DNA of 40,000 bases. It comes from Fervidobacterium islandicum. GTDB taxonomy: Bacteria; Thermotogota; Thermotogae; Thermotogales; Fervidobacteriaceae. Made by a program: the position numbers and the translations under genes. Below, one piece after another: positions 37,669-40,000 of the stretch (position 1 is the stretch's first letter; the number at the start of each line of letters is the position of its first letter). The stretch lies in the NCBI RefSeq assembly GCF_041504555.1, contig NZ_CP126499.1. One strand, given 5' to 3'. The notes beneath the pieces were generated by a model. That model did not search any database. It had not been told where the DNA came from and worked only from the letters and a program-made list of their open reading frames with translations.

Positions 37669-39456
37669 TTATTGTTCGGTAGTAGTTCCACCCTGAGCTT
37701 GCTGTTTGTAGAGGTACTCGCCTATCTTCATGCTTTCTCTCTGCAAGTCGTCGAATAGTATCTTGACTTTTGCGATGTCATCTCTGTTGATTGCATCTTT
37801 CAAGTCTCTAATGATTTCTTCGAGTCTGTTCTTTGTATCTTCTGGTATCTTGTCACTGTTTTCTTTGAGCACTTTTTCAATGTGGTATGCAAGGTCGTCT
37901 GCTTTGTTCTTGAGTTCGACTTCTTCACGTTTTCTTCTGTCTTGTTCTTCGTACATCTGAGCTTCTCTAATCATTCTTTCGATTTCATCACTGCTGAGCT
38001 GGTGTCTACCTGTGACAACCATCGATTGTTCTTTACCAGTTCCGAGGTCTTTTGCAGAAACGTGCACTATACCATCTGCGTCGATATCGAATGTGACTTC
38101 GATTTGTGGTACTCCTCTCGGTGCTGGTGGAATGCCTACGAGTTGGAAGCTGCCAAGGAATATGTTGTCCCTTGCCATTGCACGTTCACCTTGGTAGACT
38201 CTGACTTCAACGCTTGTCTGTCCGTCTTCAGCTGTTGTGAATATCTTGCTCTTTTTAACTGGTATGGTCGTGTTCCTTGGAATTATTGGCTCGAGCAATC
38301 CACCTTTGACTTCAACACCAAGTGTCAGCGGTGTAACGTCTACAAGCACAACGTCTTTGTCTTTTGCACCTTCTGTTCCAGCCAAAATGGCAGCCTGTAT
38401 TGCAGCACCGATAGCAACTGCTTCGTCTGGATTCACGCTCTTGTTCGGTTCTTTTCCGAAGATGTCCTTGATGAATTTCTGAACCATTGGAACTCTTGTC
38501 ATACCACCGACAAGGATGATTTCATCGATGTCTTGTGGTGATAGTTTCGCATCGCTAAGCGCCCTTTCTATTGGTTCTCTTGTCTTTTCAACGAGGTCTC
38601 TTGTGAGCGATTCGAACATAGCTCTTGTAAGTTTCATTTCAAGGTGCAACGGACCTTCAGCCGTTGCTGTGATGTATGGCAAGCTTATGTCCGTTTCAAG
38701 TTTTGTAGAAAGCTCAATCTTTGCTTTTTCCGCAGCGTCTCTGATTCTTTGTAATGCCTGCTTGTCGTTTCTCAGGTCTACTCCGTGCTGTTTTTTGAAC
38801 TCGTCGATTATGTAGTCCATTATCCTCTGGTCGAAGTCGTCACCACCAAGGTGGTTGTTACCGCTTGTTGCGATAACCTGAATTACGCCTCCACCGATTT
38901 CGAGTATGGAAACGTCAAATGTTCCGCCACCAAGGTCGTAGACAAGCACTTTTCTTTCGCCTTCCATCTTGTCAAGACCATATGCAAGTGCAGCAGCCGT
39001 TGGTTCGTTGATTATTCTGAGCACTTCCAGTCCAGCTATGATACCAGCCTCTTTTGTAGCTTGTCGCTGAGCGTCGTTGAAGTAAGCTGGACAAGTAATA
39101 ACTGCCTTTTTAATTTCACCACCGAGGTACTCTTCTGCGTCTTTTTTGAGCTTTTTGAGTATGAGCGCACTGATTTCCTGTGGGGTGTACTCTTTATCAT
39201 CGATCCTCACCTTGTAGTCTGAACCCATCTTTCTTTTGATAGATTTTATGGTTCTCTCCGAGTTCAAAATGAGCTGACGTTTCGCCGGTTCACCGACAAG
39301 AATCTCTCCAGTTTTCGTAAACGAGACTATAGATGGTGTTGTTCTGCTACCTTCTGCGTTTGGAATGACCTCAACGGTTCCATCCGGTTTCATCCACGCG
39401 ATGACCGAGTTGGTCGTTCCAAGGTCAATTCCAACAACAAACTCCTTCTTTGCCAT
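37669..39456 (-). CDS. dnaK: Molecular chaperone DnaK (Hsp70)
   Basis: [30 protein letters not shown] and the full-length Hsp70 pattern. SD GGAGGTGG. Confidence 0.95.
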   Translation of the reverse strand: MAKKEFVVGIDLGTTNSVIAWMKPDGTVEVIPNAEGSRTTPSIVSFTKTGEILVGEPAKRQLILNSERTIKSIKRKMGSDYKVRIDDKEYTPQEISALILKKLKKDAEEYLGGEIKKAVITCPAYFNDAQRQATKEAGIIAGLEVLRIINEPTAAALAYGLDKMEGERKVLVYDLGGGTFDVSILEIGGGVIQVIATSGNNHLGGDDFDQRIMDYIIDEFKKQHGVDLRNDKQALQRIRDAAEKAKIELSTKLETDISLPYITATAEGPLHLEMKLTRAMFESLTRDLVEKTREPIERALSDAKLSPQDIDEIILVGGMTRVPMVQKFIKDIFGKEPNKSVNPDEAVAIGAAIQAAILAGTEGAKDKDVVLVDVTPLTLGVEVKGGLLEPIIPRNTTIPVKKSKIFTTAEDGQTSVEVRVYQGERAMARDNIFLGSFQLVGIPPAPRGVPQIEVTFDIDADGIVHVSAKDLGTGKEQSMVVTGRHQLSSDEIERMIREAQMYEEQDRRKREEVELKNKADDLAYHIEKVLKENSDKIPEDTKNRLEEIIRDLKDAINRDDIAKVKILFDDLQRESMKIGEYLYKQQAQGGTTTEQ

Positions 39457-39504
39457 ATATATCCACCTCCGTTATATTTTTGTTTTCTTTTGCTTGGCAG
39501 TTAT

Positions 39505-39533
39505 ATTCTACCAGATTAGCACTCTTTTGTCAA
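39505..39533 (-). promoter_or_regulatory. dnaK promoter (TTGACA-N17-TAGAAT)
   Basis: Minus strand has -35 TTGACA at 39533-39528 and -10 TAGAAT at 39510-39505 with exactly 17-nt spacing. It lies about 50 nt upstream of the dnaK ATG. Confidence 0.65.
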
Positions 39534-39542
39534 GAGTGATAA
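39516..39542. promoter_or_regulatory. CIRCE element (HrcA operator)
   Basis: TTAGCACTC-N9-GAGTGATAA compared with the consensus TTAGCACTC-N9-GAGTGCTAA (one mismatch). It overlaps the dnaK -35 box. Confidence 0.8.
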
Positions 39543-39624
39543 TTGAAATTTTTAAAAAAATTCGTCCTGGAAATTTGGACAACTTAATGCGTTTGGACCT
39601 TTCTTGATTAGGCTAATTAGGCTA

Positions 39625-40000
39625 TCAGCCTATGTAGAATACTTTGTCTATTCGGTTCAACCAACCGTTTAGATATCTTGGATTTTTGATGCCAAGCTGT
39701 TTGGCATGTTGTCGAAAGGCAACTCTGAGCCGTTCAATTACCTGTGGGAACTCGGGATCGGAATCTCGTAGGATGATGAGTTTGCTTTTTGGTACTATAG
39801 AATAAGCAATGGAAAAGGCTTTGTTGCCGAAGAGAACACACATGTGCATGAGAGCAACCTGGAGTCTAACACTTTGGTACTCATATAGTTTGTTTGGAAC
39901 ATAGTAGCGAACGTAAAGGATGTTGAAGGCGTCTTTCCTTGTAACTCTGAAGACGTCTATATCTGGGTTGTGTTTCGAAGAAATCCCATATTTTGTGAAA
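39625..40000 (-). CDS. Hypothetical protein, C-terminal part (ORF open to the right window edge)
   Basis: Hand translation shows the frame of the 74-aa track ORF stays open upstream to position 39999 (FTKYGISSKHNPDIDVFRVTRKDAF...). No family recognised. Confidence 0.45.
   Translation of the reverse strand, partial: FTKYGISSKHNPDIDVFRVTRKDAFNILYVRYYVPNKLYEYQSVRLQVALMHMCVLFGNKAFSIAYSIVPKSKLIILRDSDPEFPQVIERLRVAFRQHAKQLGIKNPRYLNGWLNRIDKVFYIG

Overview
AT-rich thermophile chromosome segment. It is probably Thermotogota, inferred from reverse gyrase, a Thermotoga-like DnaK N-terminus and GGAGGTG-type Shine-Dalgarno sites. Almost all genes are on the minus strand.

The left 25 kb is a type III-A CRISPR-Cas island:
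- cas10/csm1-csm2-csm3-csm4-csm5 at 7.6-13.6 kb, ending in a terminator.
- An ancillary gene string at 0-7.4 kb: a 200-aa unknown, a CARF/HEPN Csx1/Csm6-like gene, cas6, a 1479-aa ORF, and one more ORF that runs off the window.
- A 17-repeat CRISPR array at 21402-22659, with a 36-nt repeat read on the minus strand.
- A second CARF/HEPN gene at 23268-24707.
- No cas1 or cas2 is recognisable.

The main finding is the 1479-aa ORF (95-4534, minus strand), whose start overlaps the end of cas6. It is a single polypeptide carrying the hallmark motifs of both RNA polymerase beta (ETPE..IGL, RxLMG..Q, GRHGNKG, GGQRFGE.E) and beta-prime (YSGR, NRQPS.HR, NADFDGD, bridge helix, trigger loop). It is a compact fused two-barrel RNAP homolog inside a type III cas operon.

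Other accessory content:
- A MoxR AAA+ and VWA-metallopeptidase pair directly upstream of cas10.
- An IS200/IS605 element whose tnpB is split by a nested IscB element with a candidate omega-RNA.
- A higher-GC 327-aa unknown ORF.
- A decayed roughly 0.9-kb IS.

The right 15 kb is housekeeping: S9 peptidase, GAF/HD-GYP protein, M15 peptidase, reverse gyrase, recF, a secreted unknown, and dnaK with a CIRCE operator and promoter.
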